From Octopus vulgaris (lineage: Eukaryota), in contig OX597831.1 of the NCBI GenBank assembly GCA_951406725.2, positions 5,890,001 to 5,954,000 on the forward strand: a stretch of DNA of 64,000 nt, given 5' to 3'. A model generated the notes under the pieces. That model saw only the letters and a list, made by a program, of their open reading frames with translations. It was not told the origin of the DNA and made no database searches. The translations under genes were made by a program, and so were the position numbers. Below are positions 14,547-28,907 of this stretch, piece after piece. Numbering within the stretch: the stretch's first letter is position 1; the number at the start of each line of letters is the position of its first letter.

Positions 14547-14710
14547 TAAATATATTTGTGTATGTATTTGTATACATGTATGTATATCTCCATATTTGTC
14601 TACATTATATGTACACACATACGTATATATATGTGTATGCAAATGTATGCAAAGATATATATATATATATAATATTCATTATATGTATACCTTATACGTA
14701 TCTGTATATA

Positions 14711-14769
<59 letters not shown>

Positions 14770-15799
14770 GTATGTGTATGCATATGTGTATATATGTGTG
14801 TGTATTGTATATGCATGTGTATGAATGTATCTATGTATATCGATATCTATGCGCATACGTACATACATATATGCATGTATGTGTGTGTGTATATTTGTAT
14901 ATATATATACCCATGTATACGTATATGTATATATGCATGTAAATCTACAAACATACCTCAATCTACATACATGTATACATACATGCAAATTCATTGACTG
15001 AGCAGACGATAGGTTATTGTTCTGTATATATTTATCTTGTTGGCAACCGATGTCTTACCATTACGTTTGGCCTGTAAAAAATACTTTTTTATCATCCGTA
15101 AGTTTAACTACACATCGCACATCCATACCACACCGCCCGCTCAAACAGAACTTACAAATACTAATATCTATATGTGTGTGTGTCTAACTGTGTATTTAGA
15201 TATGTGCATACATGTGTGTATATACGAATATGTAATTTCTGTTCTCGTAATTGATAATTTAAGCTTTTTTTTAAAACTAATTTTTTACTGTCGGTTCCGT
15301 ATAAAGATTAGCCTTACGTATAAGTCCATACACGCAACCATACAAACTCAATTGCAGCACAGACATACATGTATACATACATGTATACATACGCTCACGT
15401 ACACACACACGCAACTGCGTGTGTTTTTGCGATGTGTATGTATGTGCGTGCGTCTCTATATGCATCAGTGGGTGTATATGCATATATAGAACTGCAGTTT
15501 GGGTATCTGTGTGCGTGGCATCTTGAAAGATCGTGTTATATTTAACGTTTATACATTGCATTCATCATGTTATTGATCATAATTATATTTATTCTGTGCA
15601 GAATATTTTTATAATATGGAAAGTAACGTGGATTTCAAAGCATGGCTGTGTGGTTAGGATACTCGCTTTGGAACCGTATAGGTTTGGGGTTCAGTTCCAC
15701 TGAGCGGCACCCTGATTAAATAAATGTCTTCTGCTATAGGCCCGGGCCAACTAATTTCTTGTGACTATGGCAAATGGAAATTGCGTGGAAGCCCGCCAT

Positions 15800-15933
<134 letters not shown>

Positions 15934-16167
15934 AAGAAAATGAGTTGGCTAGCAGCAAGCTGTTTCGCCTCATACCGAAGGAATTAGAAATGGCAGTCAA
16001 ATACCGTTTTTTCCATTTCTATAAGTGGAGATTCCAAAAACGAAGGCCCTTGCGGCTCACATACACAAAATCGGAGTGGCAAATATACGGAGGCAGTCAC
16101 TTACCGTTAATAGCGAACACCGTGTTTCTGGATCACAAACATATAAAAAAAACATTTTATTTATTGC

Positions 16168-16218
<51 letters not shown>

Positions 16219-16342
16219 GAACAATCTTAATTAGAAATGGATGCGTGCGTTCCGTCATATAATAAATTAATAAATAAATAAAACATATGCATATATACAT
16301 ACATATATGTACGTACCTACCTCTACATGTATATATACATGC

Positions 16343-17175
16343 ATATATGGGTACAGAGCACCAAAAAAACGTCGAACACAATGAGAAACGAAAACATAAA
16401 CTCAAAACCAAGGAAATGGACATTTTTCTTAAACAGCGAAAAAATAGAGTACAGGAGATACAAAACAAGGAAAATTCCCCTTCTTCAGTCGCCTTTGTTT
16501 CATCTACTCCACGTTTCGAAGGTCAAGGCGATACATGACTTTAATGAAACTTTCCTTCGCGCGAAAATCAAATTAAATAAACTTTGAGATTTTTTTGCGG
16601 AGGGGTAAAAATAGTAACAAAAACAGGACAGTAACGACAGTACAAAATATAAACAGTAAAATACAGGACACGGAGAATAACAGTAACACAAACAAAAAGG
16701 GCTGTTAAGCCGAACGAAATAAAAAATTTTCAAGTAGATACGGCTAATCTGTTGCTCCCTCGCCGTTCTCAAAAAATAGCGTTCGTAAAAAATTTTTATC
16801 TCGTTCGGCTTAACAACCCTTCTTGTCTGTGTTACTGTTATTCTCCGTGTCCTGTCTTTTACTGTTTATATTTTGTACTGTCGTTACTGTCCTGATTTTG
16901 TTACTATTTTTACCCCTCCGCAAAAAAATTTCAAATTTTATTTAATTTGATTTTCGCGCGAAGGAAAGTTTCATTAAAGTCATGTATCGCCTTGACCTTC
17001 GAAACGTGGAGTAGATGAAACAAAGGCGACTGAAGAAGGGGAATTTTCCTTGTTTTGTATCTCCTGTACTCTATTTTTTCGTTGTTTAAGAAAAATGTCC
17101 ATTTCCTTGGTTTTGTGTTTATGTTTTCGTTTCTCATTGTGTTCGACGTTTTTTTGGTGCCCTGCACCCATATAT
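16343..17175. repeat. Long palindrome (~390-bp arms, ~55-bp spacer); probable inverted PLE pseudo-LTR pair
   Basis: 16343-~16731 is the reverse complement of ~16787-17175 with scattered mismatches. The left end adjoins TA-rich microsatellite sequence, and both arms carry hammerhead core elements. Confidence 0.9.
16980..17041 (+). ncRNA. Candidate non-circularly permuted hammerhead ribozyme (mirror copy on minus strand at 16477-16538)
   Basis: TCATGTA^TCGCCTT-GA-CCTTC-GAAA-CGTGG-(13 nt)-AAGGCGA-CTGAAGA-AGGGG. Stem I is 7 perfect bp, stem III is 6 bp, stem II is 4 bp with wobbles, and all core nucleotides are present. Confidence 0.65.
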
Positions 17176-18019
17176 CCTGTACCCGTTAATCCTTAACGAC
17201 GGTGCCCAACCATGGCCGCAGTCCGATGAATGAAACAAGGAAAAGTAATAAAATACGTGTATAAAATAAATTAACTCCACAACTATTGCATGTACGTGTG
17301 TATGTTCTTCTGGATTACTTCTGGATTATTCAAAAGTGCTCCTAATAGGAAAAAGTCGGCCTCCGGCCCAGAAATAGGGCTGTTTCATGAAAATTTAGAC
17401 AATAACTAGAAGCAAACTCCTTACCACACAGCCACGCCATTTTTTGTTGTTTTCTTTTTTTTCTGTTTTTGACGAAGAACTATTGTCCAAAGCGTCAACG
17501 TTTGAATTCTTCTTTGTTCCTTCCTTTCTTCCTTCCTTCCTTCCTTCTTTCCTTACCGATAGTCTATTTATGCACTTTGAATTTTGGTTCGTCATTTTAT
17601 GGTTTCCTGTTATCCTCGAGATTGTAGATAATCCAGTGTCACGATGACGTTGACTATACGGATTACCATACGGATTTACATTAGGACATTTTTTTAAACT
17701 TCTCTGTGAAATAGGATTTGAGACACGCCATCTGTTGACTGAAATCTGAACTACCAACTGTCAAAGTGATTAAATATATTAATCAAGTCGAAGACCACAA
17801 ATACACGTCTGGATGTTTGGATGTTTGTTCAATAGGATTTAGAATATATCCATTGTTCTTCTCTATTTTATCTTTTTTTTATCATTTTCGTAATTAAGCA
17901 GCTTTTAATACCAACACTACAAAGACATCGTACCATAAAGTGTGTGTGTATGTATGTGTATGTGCTTGGACAATTGAGTGTATGTGTGTATGAATGTATT
18001 TGTGTGTTTGTACGTATTA

Positions 18020-19583
18020 GTTTATGTATGTATGTATGTATGTGTGTATGTATGTATGTATGTATGTATGTATGTATGTATGTATGTATGTATGTATGTA
18101 TGCATGCATGTATGTATGTATGTATGCATGTTTGTATGTATGTATGTATGTATGCTTGTATGTATGTATGTATGCATGCATGTATGTATGTATGTATGCA
18201 TGTTTGTATGTATGTATGTATGTATGTATGTATGCATGTATGTATGTATGTATGCATGTTTGTATGTATGTATGAATGTATGTATGTATGTATGTATGTA
18301 TGTATGCATGTATGTATGTATGTATGCATGTTTGTATGTATGTATGCTTGTATGTATGTATGTATGTATGTATGTGTGTATGTATGTATGTATGTATGCA
18401 TGTTTGTATGTATGTATGTATGCATGTTTGTATGTATGTATGTATGCATGCATGTATGTATGTGTGTATGTATGTATGTATGTATGTATGTATGTATGCA
18501 TGTTTGTATGTATGTATGTATGTATGTATGTATGTGTGTATGTATGCTTGTATGTATGTATGTATGCTTGTATGTATGTATGCATGCATGTATGTATGTA
18601 TGTATGTATGCATGTTTGTATGTATGTATGTATGCATGTTTGTATGTATGTATGTATGCATGTTTGTATGTATGTATGTATGTATGTATGCTTGTATGTA
18701 TGTATGTATGCTTGTATGTATGTATGTATGTATGTATGTACGTATGCATGTAGGCATGTATGTATGTATGTATTTTATGTATGCATGCATGTATGTATGT
18801 GTGTATGTATGTATGTATGTATGTATGTATGTATGTATGTATGTATGCATGTTTGTATGTATGTATGTATGTATGTATGTATGTATGTGTGTATGTATGC
18901 TTGTATGTATGTATGTATGCATGCATGTATGTATGTATGTATGCATGTTTGTATGTATGTATGTATGTATGTATGTATGTATGTGTGTATGTATGTATGT
19001 ATGTATGTGTGTGTGTATGCATGTATGTATGTATGTATGAATGTATGTATGTATGTATGTATGTATGTGTGTGTGTGTGTGTATGTGTGTATGTATGTAT
19101 GTATGTATGTATGTATGTATGTGTGTGTGTGTGTGTATGTGTGTGTGTATGTGTATGTGTGTATGTATGTATGCATGTCATTATTCAGTTCATTTCAAGA
19201 TTTCTTGCCATAGAGAAAGAACCGGTTTCTAACCTAGATCCAAGGCTTCTTCATTGGAATTTCAACATCAACAACAGGGTATTTTTGAATGTATGCATGT
19301 ATGTATATGTCTAGATTGGTATGTTTTGCTTTATGTATGGATTCTCATGCATGTGGCTGCATATCTAGACATGCTCATATATATCTAAATGATAAACTTC
19401 TGAAAAGTTTTACAGATTTTTACAGTTCCAATGATGGATTGGATCTGTAGTCTTCGAATCAGCTTTCTCCTTTCTGATTCTGAAAAGCCTAATTTCACAA
19501 GGTTGGTATTTAGGCAAGATTGGTATGTGTGTATGTATGTATGTATGTATGTATGTATGTATGTATGTATGTATGTATGTATG

Positions 19584-19617
<34 letters not shown>

Positions 19618-19961
19618 TGTATGCATGTATGTATGTATGTATGTATGTATGTAAGTATGTATGTATGTATGCATGTATGTATGTATGTATGTATGTATAT
19701 ATGCATGCATGCATGTATGTATGTATGTATGTATGTATGTATGTATGTATGTATGTATGTATGCATGCATGCATGTATGTATGCATGTATGTATGTATGA
19801 ATGTATGTATGTATGTATGTATGTGTGTGTGTGTGTATGTATGAATGCATGTATGTATGTATGCATGTATGTATGTATGTGTGTGTATGTATGAATGCAT
19901 GTATGTATGTATGTATGTATGTATGTATGTATGCATGCATGTATGTATGTATGTATGTATG

Positions 19962-19995
<34 letters not shown>

Positions 19996-20060
19996 TGTAT
20001 GCATGTATGTATGTATGTATGTATGTATGCATGTATGTATGTATGCATGTATATGTGTGT
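18020..20060. repeat. Long (TATG)n microsatellite arrays
   Basis: About 1.15 kb and 0.53 kb of TATG with TGCA/TTTG variants on either side of the 19176-19523 insert. Confidence 0.95.
19176..19523 (-). mobile_element. 3' end of an RLE-type non-LTR retrotransposon (R4/Dong-like) embedded in (TATG)n
   Basis: QSCLNTNLVKLGFSESERRKLIRRLQIQSIIGTVKICKTFQKFII* resembles the R4/Dong C-terminus (NL.KLG...LQ...I.GT..I.+.), followed by a ~210-nt 3'UTR. Confidence 0.6.
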
Positions 20061-20139
20061 ATGTCTGTGTGTCTGTGTCTGTGTACGAGTGTGTCTGTGT
20101 GTCTCTGCGTGTGTACGTGTGTGTGTGAGTTGTTTAAGG

Positions 20140-20615
20140 CTGGCCATGTTTAGGGATTTTGTCTGAAAATCACCCCTGTCAGAGAATCTTAAGAGGAATT
20201 TTTTGCGTGCAGCAGCATGGCCAGTCCTTTTATACGGAGCAACAGCCTGCATGTTTACCAAAATTCTGGAGATCTCCATAGACTTGTGAGACGAGTTCTC
20301 CAAGATATGTTTAAGAATGCTCTTAACTGTAGAGTATAACTTCTCTCTATAAGTTTCAGTTTCCACCATTATAAAGCAAAGGCGCTGGAGCTTTGCAGGA
20401 CACTGCTGGCGAGCTAAACAAGAGATGGCAAGTGACCGACTGCTATGGACACCAAATCATGGCCGCACTCGAGCAGGTCATCCGAACACAATGTATGAAG
20501 TTCAATTTACCATAGGCACTAGATGCCTCCTCGAAGACCGCAGCCCCCACTAACTAATGCGAGACCGCGATGCATGGCACGTGCGGGTTAAAAATGTCCA
20601 AATAAGCATGACCAA
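20140..20615 (+). mobile_element. Decayed RTE/RTE-X LINE 3' fragment followed by (GAT)n tail
   Basis: IKQRRWSFAGHCWRAKQEMASDRLLWTPNHGRTRAGHP motif near 20370-20485. Confidence 0.7.
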
Positions 20616-20963
20616 ATGATGATGACGATGATGATGATGATGATGATGACCGACGGTGGCGGCAGCGGCGGCGATGATGATGATGGCGATGACAACGATG
20701 GAGACGATGATGATGACAACGATAATAATGATAACGATGATGATGATGATGACGATGACGATGATGATGACGACGAAGACGACGACAACGACGATGATGA
20801 TGATGATGATGACGACAACGACGACGATGATGATGTTGACGACGACGACGACGATGATGACGACGATAATAATGATGATGATGATGATGACGACGACGTA
20901 CGTAACCAGCAATTACTTGAAACCTGTGTGTGTATGTATGTGCGTGCCTGTGTGTGCATGCCT

Positions 20964-21030
<67 letters not shown>

Positions 21031-21269
21031 TCTAATGTCTATGTGATAACTAAGACTGCAAACTCCTAGCTAATGGCTTCGAGTCCTCAATTAGCGAAAA
21101 AGAAATAAACCAAACGTTAGATTCTATCGGTAATTTATAGGATTTCGCCTTTAATATTTAAAACTGGGGATTCTTGTGTACGAAGCAAAATATCGAAAAC
21201 AACTGGAGTTTCTCGTTACAAATGGGTAACGGTTGGCCAACGACAGAATAGATTTGTTACTTAGAAGTA

Positions 21270-21773
21270 CCGTAAATCCTCGAGTATAGTCCGCCCTTGA
21301 GTATAATACGCAGGGGATTTTTAGGGGACTGTACCTCTGAAAAACCTAAACCTTGTGTATAATACGCACTCCTTCTCTAACGTGAGTCGTGCGTAATTAA
21401 GCCAGCAGCACCTAGTCGAACAAACACTTCCACGCATGCGTAATACAATAATGGTGATGTTCTTAACTGTTATATGGGAATGTAAATATGTTTGCAAATT
21501 GTTTTTGTTACATGTTATTCTGTGATCTGAATACTTATATTTTAGTAAATGTTGCTTACTGCAAGTTATAGATGATTCCTTTATGACTTCATTGCTTTAA
21601 GGCTTAGCTTAAGGTATTTTCGCGCCCGAATAAACATTGCCGGACAGCAAATAGAGACTCAGACATTGCTTAGAAAATATTTTTCATTTTTAACCTCGAA
21701 TATAGTACGCACTAGGGATTTTGACCTTCAAATTTTGGGAGACTAAATGCGGATTATACTCGAAGATTTACGT
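21270..21773. mobile_element. Tc1/mariner-pogo type MITE
   Basis: TIR CCGTAAATCCTCGAGTATA / TATACTCGAAGATTTACGT, TA flanks. Homologous to 25283-25785. Confidence 0.85.
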
Positions 21774-21781
21774 TAATAGAA

Positions 21782-22011
21782 GGCGGCGAGCTGGCAGAAA
21801 TGTTAGCACGCCGGGCGAAATGTTTAGCGGGGTTTCGTCTTCCGTTACGTTCTGAGTTCAAATTCCGCCGAGGTCGACTTTGCCTTTCGTCCTTTCGGGG
21901 TCGATATATTAAATACCAGTTACGCGCTGGAGTCGATGTAATCGACGTAATCCCTTTGTCCGTCCTTGTTTGTCCCCTCTATGTTTAGCCCCTTGTGGGC
22001 AATAAAGAAGT
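21782..22011 (+). mobile_element. SINE family A
   Basis: Full-length copy. Another full copy lies at 24496-24728 with TSD-like GGATGTGAAGGC. Confidence 0.9.
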
Positions 22012-22469
22012 AAGAATAGATTTGTTACTTTGTTACTGTAAAACAAAAGTCGCTACTTTCTGTTTATCTTACCTCATTAAAAAAATTGCCATTAAAAAAT
22101 CTAGTTACCTCCCTTCTAAAAAGTTGAGTTTATGTGGCGTCAAGAGATTGGATTAAAAGGCTTGGATCCTTTTGATTCAGTACTTCAACATATTGTTGCC
22201 TTTTGGCCTTCTCAATAGGCATGGCATGAAGATGTTTAATCTTTTCACTTTTCATGTATTTCTTTTACTTGTTTCGGTCATTTGACTGTGGCCATGCTGG
22301 AGCACCGACTTTTAGTCGAGCAAATCGACTCCAGGACTTCTTCTTTGTACGCCCAGTACTTATTCTCTAGGTCTCTTTTTGCCGAGCCGCTAAGTTACGG
22401 GGACGTAAACACACCAGCATCGGTTTTCAAGTGATGTTGGGAGACAAATACAGACACACAAACACACAC

Positions 22470-22531
<62 letters not shown>

Positions 22532-22975
22532 ACGACAGGCTTCTTTCAGTTTTTGTCTACCAAATCCACTCACAAAGCTTTGGTTAGCCTGAGGCTATAG
22601 TAAAAGATACTTGCCCAAGGTGCCACGCAGTGGGACTGAACACGGAACCATGTGGTTGGGAAGCAAGCCACTTACCACGCAGTCACTCCTGCGCCTTAAT
22701 TTTCATTTCTTTTTTTCATTGAGGGTTAAACAATTTTTTCAGTTAGGGGAGATAACCCAATTTTTTAATGGGGGAGGGATAACCATAACGTACCCAAAAG
22801 TCTCAACACGTTGGCCCACTTGTAAACGTTCTTCCCATTTCTTAGCACCGCACTCATATTTATATCTACTTCGTAGTTTCTTGATTTCTAAATGCATTTT
22901 CAAAATGAACGAGTGGTTGCAGTAGTATGGACTATTTGTAGGTGGTGGCTGGATGGATGGATGGATGGATGGATG

Positions 22976-23066
<91 letters not shown>

Positions 23067-23151
23067 GGACGGACAGACGGACGGACGGACGGATGGACGA
23101 ACGGACAGATGGATGGATGGATGGATGGATGGATGGATGGGTGGGTGGATG

Positions 23152-23767
<616 letters not shown>

Positions 23768-23899
23768 GTTATTGATCGACTGGTTGATTATTGATTAATT
23801 GGTTTATTTCGTGAATTAACTGCACGGAAAATTCCATCTGCCTGTAGAGTCCTTTGAATGCTTTAAGTTTGATGGAAGCAGCAATTGAATCTTTTATTT

Positions 23900-24205
23900 A
23901 TTTATTTTTTTTATTTCTGGGAATCATTAAATGGAAAACATGAGTTATCGTTCGATTATTTTGTTAAATCATTCTCTTATGGAGGAACCAATGAAAACTG
24001 AAGCAGACCATTCAGGAATGACCCGTCCATCTTCAAGTCGAACCCATTGGAGACTTCTTCTAAGCTGACCTGCTTTAGATAAGCTTCATTAAACACAACT
24101 TTGAATGTTGTTCTATAGCAAAATGTTTTAAAGGATTCACCAATAAGAAAACATAATCGAACGATATCTTAAATATCCGTGAATAATTCCAAGAAATAAA
24201 AAAAT
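23900..24205. mobile_element. Old MITE-like element with diverged ~55-bp terminal inverted repeats
   Basis: TTTTTTATTTCT...ATCGTTCGATTAT at the left is mirrored by ATAATCGAACGAT...AGAAATAAAAAA at the right. Confidence 0.5.
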
Positions 24206-25282
24206 CAATAACTGAAGTCACCAAAAATGGTTGAAACTCTCATGTCACACTGACCCAGACTTTCTAAACAGTTCGATGGCTGAAATATTTTCACTACCTC
24301 AGGAAGTGAAGATACTTGACACCAAACTAACAATATTTAATTATTTTTACTATCTTCAATTTGGTTTCCATTCCTATCCTCTCCTATGATTGAAAATGTT
24401 GGGAAACAATCGAAAGAGTACGATCGCGAATAGAACCGGCCGAAATGAGGTTCCCTCGAAGGATCTCTAGTATAACATTACTCGACAGGATGTGAAGGCG
24501 GCGAGCTGGCAGAAACGTTAGCACGCCGGGCGAAATGCTTTGCGGTATTTCGTCTGCGTTACGTTGTGAGTTCAAATTCCGCCGAGGTCGACTTTGCCTT
24601 TCATCCTTTCGGGGTCGATAAATTAAGTACCAGTTACGCACTGGGGTCGATGTAATCGACTTAATCCGTTTGTCTGTCCTTGTTTGTCCCCTCTATGTTT
24701 AGCCCCTTGTGAGTAATAAAGAAATAGGATGTGAAGGCCAGAGATCAGGGAGTCTCTCCAGGTCGAGCAGCTATTTTTCGGTATCGGGAGGTCTCAGCTC
24801 CAGTACTACAGACATGTGGTTAGAATGTCACGGGAAAGAATCACAAGCCGGAGTTTTCATGCCAAGCCATCCAGCAGGAGACCTCTCTTCCTTTTGTTTA
24901 GTGATATTCACCCGGGAGGCGTTAAGCCGGCCCCTATTGAGTTCACCGCGTCACGGGTCAAGGCGATCCACGCATGTCTATCGGCAGACGATTCTGCAGC
25001 GTGGTGAAGCCATTCTCGGTTCCAGCGACGAACGCCAAAGACTCAAAGACCGGGAACGAGCTCCATATCTGCTTTCACTGTGGTGAGTCACGTGTTCAGC
25101 TGATCACCTCCCCGCTTACGATTGAGATGGTTGGATAATATCCGAAATCTCAGATGGTCCCGTTTGGGAATCCATCCGGAAAGTCTAATAACAGTTGGTT
25201 TTGATAGGACCCTATGGAGGAGGGGCTTTAGGACATTACTCCCATGATTCTACCGGAAACTAGTAGGTAGAGAAGATGAGTA

Positions 25283-25785
25283 CCGTAAAACCTCGAGTAT
25301 AGTCCGCCTTTGACTATAATACGCAGGGGATTTTTAGGGGGCTGTACCTCTGAAAAACGTAAACCTTGTGTATAATACGCACCCCTTCTCTAACTTGAGT
25401 CAAGGAGGTCTATATAACGTCCTTGGTTTGTAAAAATGTATGCGGTAACGTCCTTTATTATTATTGTATATGTAACATAATGCAAACGTGTAGCTTTTTT
25501 GTGCATTTTGTTTGCAGAAAATAAAAAAATAACGTTTAATAAATGTTGCTTACTGCAAGTTATGGATGATTCTTTTATGACTTCATTGCTTTCAGGCTTA
25601 GCTTAAGGTATTTTCGCGCCCAACATCACAAAATGCGTCTGAATAAACATTGCCGGACAGCAAATAGAGACTCGGATATTGCTTAGAAAATAATTTTCAT
25701 TTTTAACCTCGTATATAGGACGCACTAGGAATTTTGACCTTTAAATTTTGGGAAGAAAATGCGGATTATACACGAGGATTTACGG
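25283..25785. mobile_element. Tc1/mariner-pogo type MITE (second copy)
   Basis: TIR CCGTAAAACCTCGAGTATA / TATACACGAGGATTTACGG, TA target duplication. Confidence 0.85.
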
Positions 25786-26167
25786 TAGATGGATTCTTTC
25801 AGTTCCCAATGCAGATCTAACCATTGAATGACATAAATGGATCGGGCTCGGCGGAAGCTGTACAGATGTTCAATGAGGAGAAAGAGAGATTCCAGATGAT
25901 GAAGAATTTTGCTGTTCATGGCTGTTTCTATTCCCTTGGTAGTGACAGCAAGGGTACCAAAGTTGTCTGGGTCGGTGGTGGTGGTGGTGGTGGTGGTGCG
26001 GGGGCTTACCTTTCTTTGAAATGGGACACTGAAGAGTCCTTCCGAATGCCAGGGAACATCACTGAAGAGAATAAATGATTAATGAAGTTTGGTTTGTATA
26101 AGATTGTGTATATAATTTTAGAGACACTCTACGCATACACACATACATACATACATACATACATACA

Positions 26168-26199
<32 letters not shown>

Positions 26200-26352
26200 C
26201 ATATATATATTAATATATATATATATATGTATATATACATACACACAGTCACACACTCAATAAACACTCACAACGTCCGGTCTGGGAATCGAAACCGCGA
26301 TCCTACAACCGCGAGTCCGCTGCCCTAACCACTGGGCCATTGCGCCTCCACA

Positions 26353-26396
<44 letters not shown>

Positions 26397-26406
26397 ATAT
26401 AATATA

Positions 26407-26511
<105 letters not shown>

Positions 26512-26677
26512 GACGGGTTTCTTTCAGTTTCCGTCTACCAAATCCACTCACAAGGCTTTGGTCGGCCCGAGGCTACAGTAGAAGACACTTGCCCAAGGTG
26601 CCACGCAGTGGGACTGAACCCGGAATCATGTGGTTGGTAAGCAAGCTACTTATCCTAGAGCCACTCCTTCGCTTAGA

Positions 26678-26764
<87 letters not shown>

Positions 26765-26877
26765 AAGCGAAGGAGTTTAAATGTTTGACAACTCAGTACC
26801 GTCCATTGGACAGGGGACGTTTTGCTCGTATATATATATATATATATATACAGCATATATATATATATATATATATA

Positions 26878-27270
26878 CGAGCAAAACGTCCCCTGTCCAA
26901 TGGACGGTACTGAGTTGTCAAACATTTAAACCCAATTTTCTCAAAACAACTTGTCCGACCGTCCCATAGACCTCTCCTTTGAGAAACACTGATTTAACCT
27001 AAATTTGAGACACCAGCAAAAGAAGAAATAAAGATAGACTTTCCAAAGAAAAACGATTTTATTGCGCGTACAAATGCACGTTCCCACGGCTTTATCGATC
27101 GCATTCTCACCTGGAATCGACTTTTGTAATTTTTTTTTGAAGACTTATACACGCCCTGATACCGTCGGTATCTATATATCAAATTTGAGCGCAATCAGAT
27201 GGAGGATGCCCGAGATCCTAGAAGACACACAAACAGACAGACAGAACGGATTTTATATAATATATAAAGT
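26878..27270 (-). mobile_element. Helitron-like non-autonomous element
   Basis: Minus 5' end CTTTATATATTATATAAAA followed by (CTGT)n; 3' subterminal hairpin GTCCATTGGAC and CTCG-T end. Confidence 0.5.
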
Positions 27271-28017
27271 GAAAGTAAACTTTTGGAGAGTATCTTACTG
27301 GCGATAATCTAAGTGTCTAAATCGTAGCTAAGTAAGTTTCCACTCTCATCTGTTTAAAACTACTGGAATCAAGTTTAAGCTTCCAGCCCTGTGAATCCCG
27401 GTGATCTGAGGGTGAATAAATATTTCTTAAAGAAATTGTCCAGGCATTAGTGTTGCATGTGACAGTCTGCCAAAGCGCAATGTTTTATGTTAGAAGGAAT
27501 GTCAGGAAAAAAAATATAAATCTTTTCCATCAAACACTCTATTAGACTGATGCACTTGACAACTTTATCTCTGAAGACATCTTTTCTCAGTGACTTCTAT
27601 CGCACATCATTGACACACACACACACGCACGCACACACACAGAACTCCACACACACAGATGTGTATCGAAGGCGAGGGAGACGGTGAACAGCAAAAAGAG
27701 AAGGAATTGCTTTTCAAAATTTTTAACGTAAACTCACAAATGGTCGATAAAGCTCTTCTTATCTAGATTGACTGTCGAAATCCAATAAGACATATCTAAA
27801 ATTTGAATACGCTTTGCTGTGATTTGATTTCCTTGTAATAATGACATACAAAGTGAAGTTTTGTTTTAAAATTCTGACTTTATTTTCATACATGGTTCCG
27901 GATTCAGTCCCACTGTTTGGCACCTTGGGCAAGTGTTTTCTACTAGAGCCTCAGGCCGACCAAAAGCCTTGTGAGTGGATTTTGTAGACAGAAACTGAAA
28001 GAAGCCCGTCGTATATA

Positions 28018-28069
<52 letters not shown>

Positions 28070-28907
28070 ATGTTAATAATTCTTGCTTTCTAATCTCAAA
28101 AATACTAAATAAGAGAATATAGGAGTGACTGTGTGGTAAGTAGCTTGTTTACCAACCACATGGTTCCAGGTTCAGTCCCACTGCGTTGTTCCTTGGGCAA
28201 GTGTCTTCTGCTATAGCCTCAGGCCGACCAAAGCCTTGTGAGTAGATTTGGTAGACAGAAACTGAAAGGAGCCCGTCGTATATATGTGTATATATATATA
28301 TGTGTGTGTGTGTGTACGTGTGTGTATGTGTTTGTATGTCTGTGTTTGTCCCTCCAACATCGCCTGACAACCGATGCTGGTGGGTTTACGTCCCCGTAAC
28401 TTAGCGGTTCGGCAAAAGAGACCGATAGAATAAGTACTAAGCTTACAAAGAATAAGTCCTCTCGTCGAATTCTTAGCGGTTCGGCAAAAGAGGCTGATAG
28501 AATAAGTACTAGGTATACAAAGAATAAGTCCTGGGGTCGATTTGCTCGACTAAAAGGCGGTGCTCCAGCATGGCCACAGTCAAATGACTGAAACAAGAAA
28601 AAGAGTAAAAGAGAGTAAAGCGTATATTTCGTTCTAGTAAACACTATTGTTTTCTCCCGAACCACAGCTCGGATACAATTTTTTTCAGAATGAAAAGCAG
28701 CCGCGATTATTTTCATTAATTAACCTTTCTGATACCAACCTGCCTCAGATCGTCTTTGGGTCAATAATACAACCTTCCTGTTTTGAAGTCATCTAAATTA
28801 CAACTTTCCTTCAAAATTTTATGTCAATTTATGTTGCAAACGCCAGCTTAATAATGACGAAGTTGTATTTTTAAATTCTGCATTGTTTTCAAAATCAGTT
28901 GAAACAG

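Noticed and set aside
17868-20166. Long ORFs (up to 437 aa) of HTYI/MYVC repeats, and similar YI/CV ORFs throughout the window
   Set aside because: Translations of (TATG)n, (TA)n and (TG)n microsatellites that lack stops by construction.
20550-21035. Poly-Asp/His/Ser ORFs
   Set aside because: (GAT/GAC)n microsatellite at the tail of an RTE remnant.
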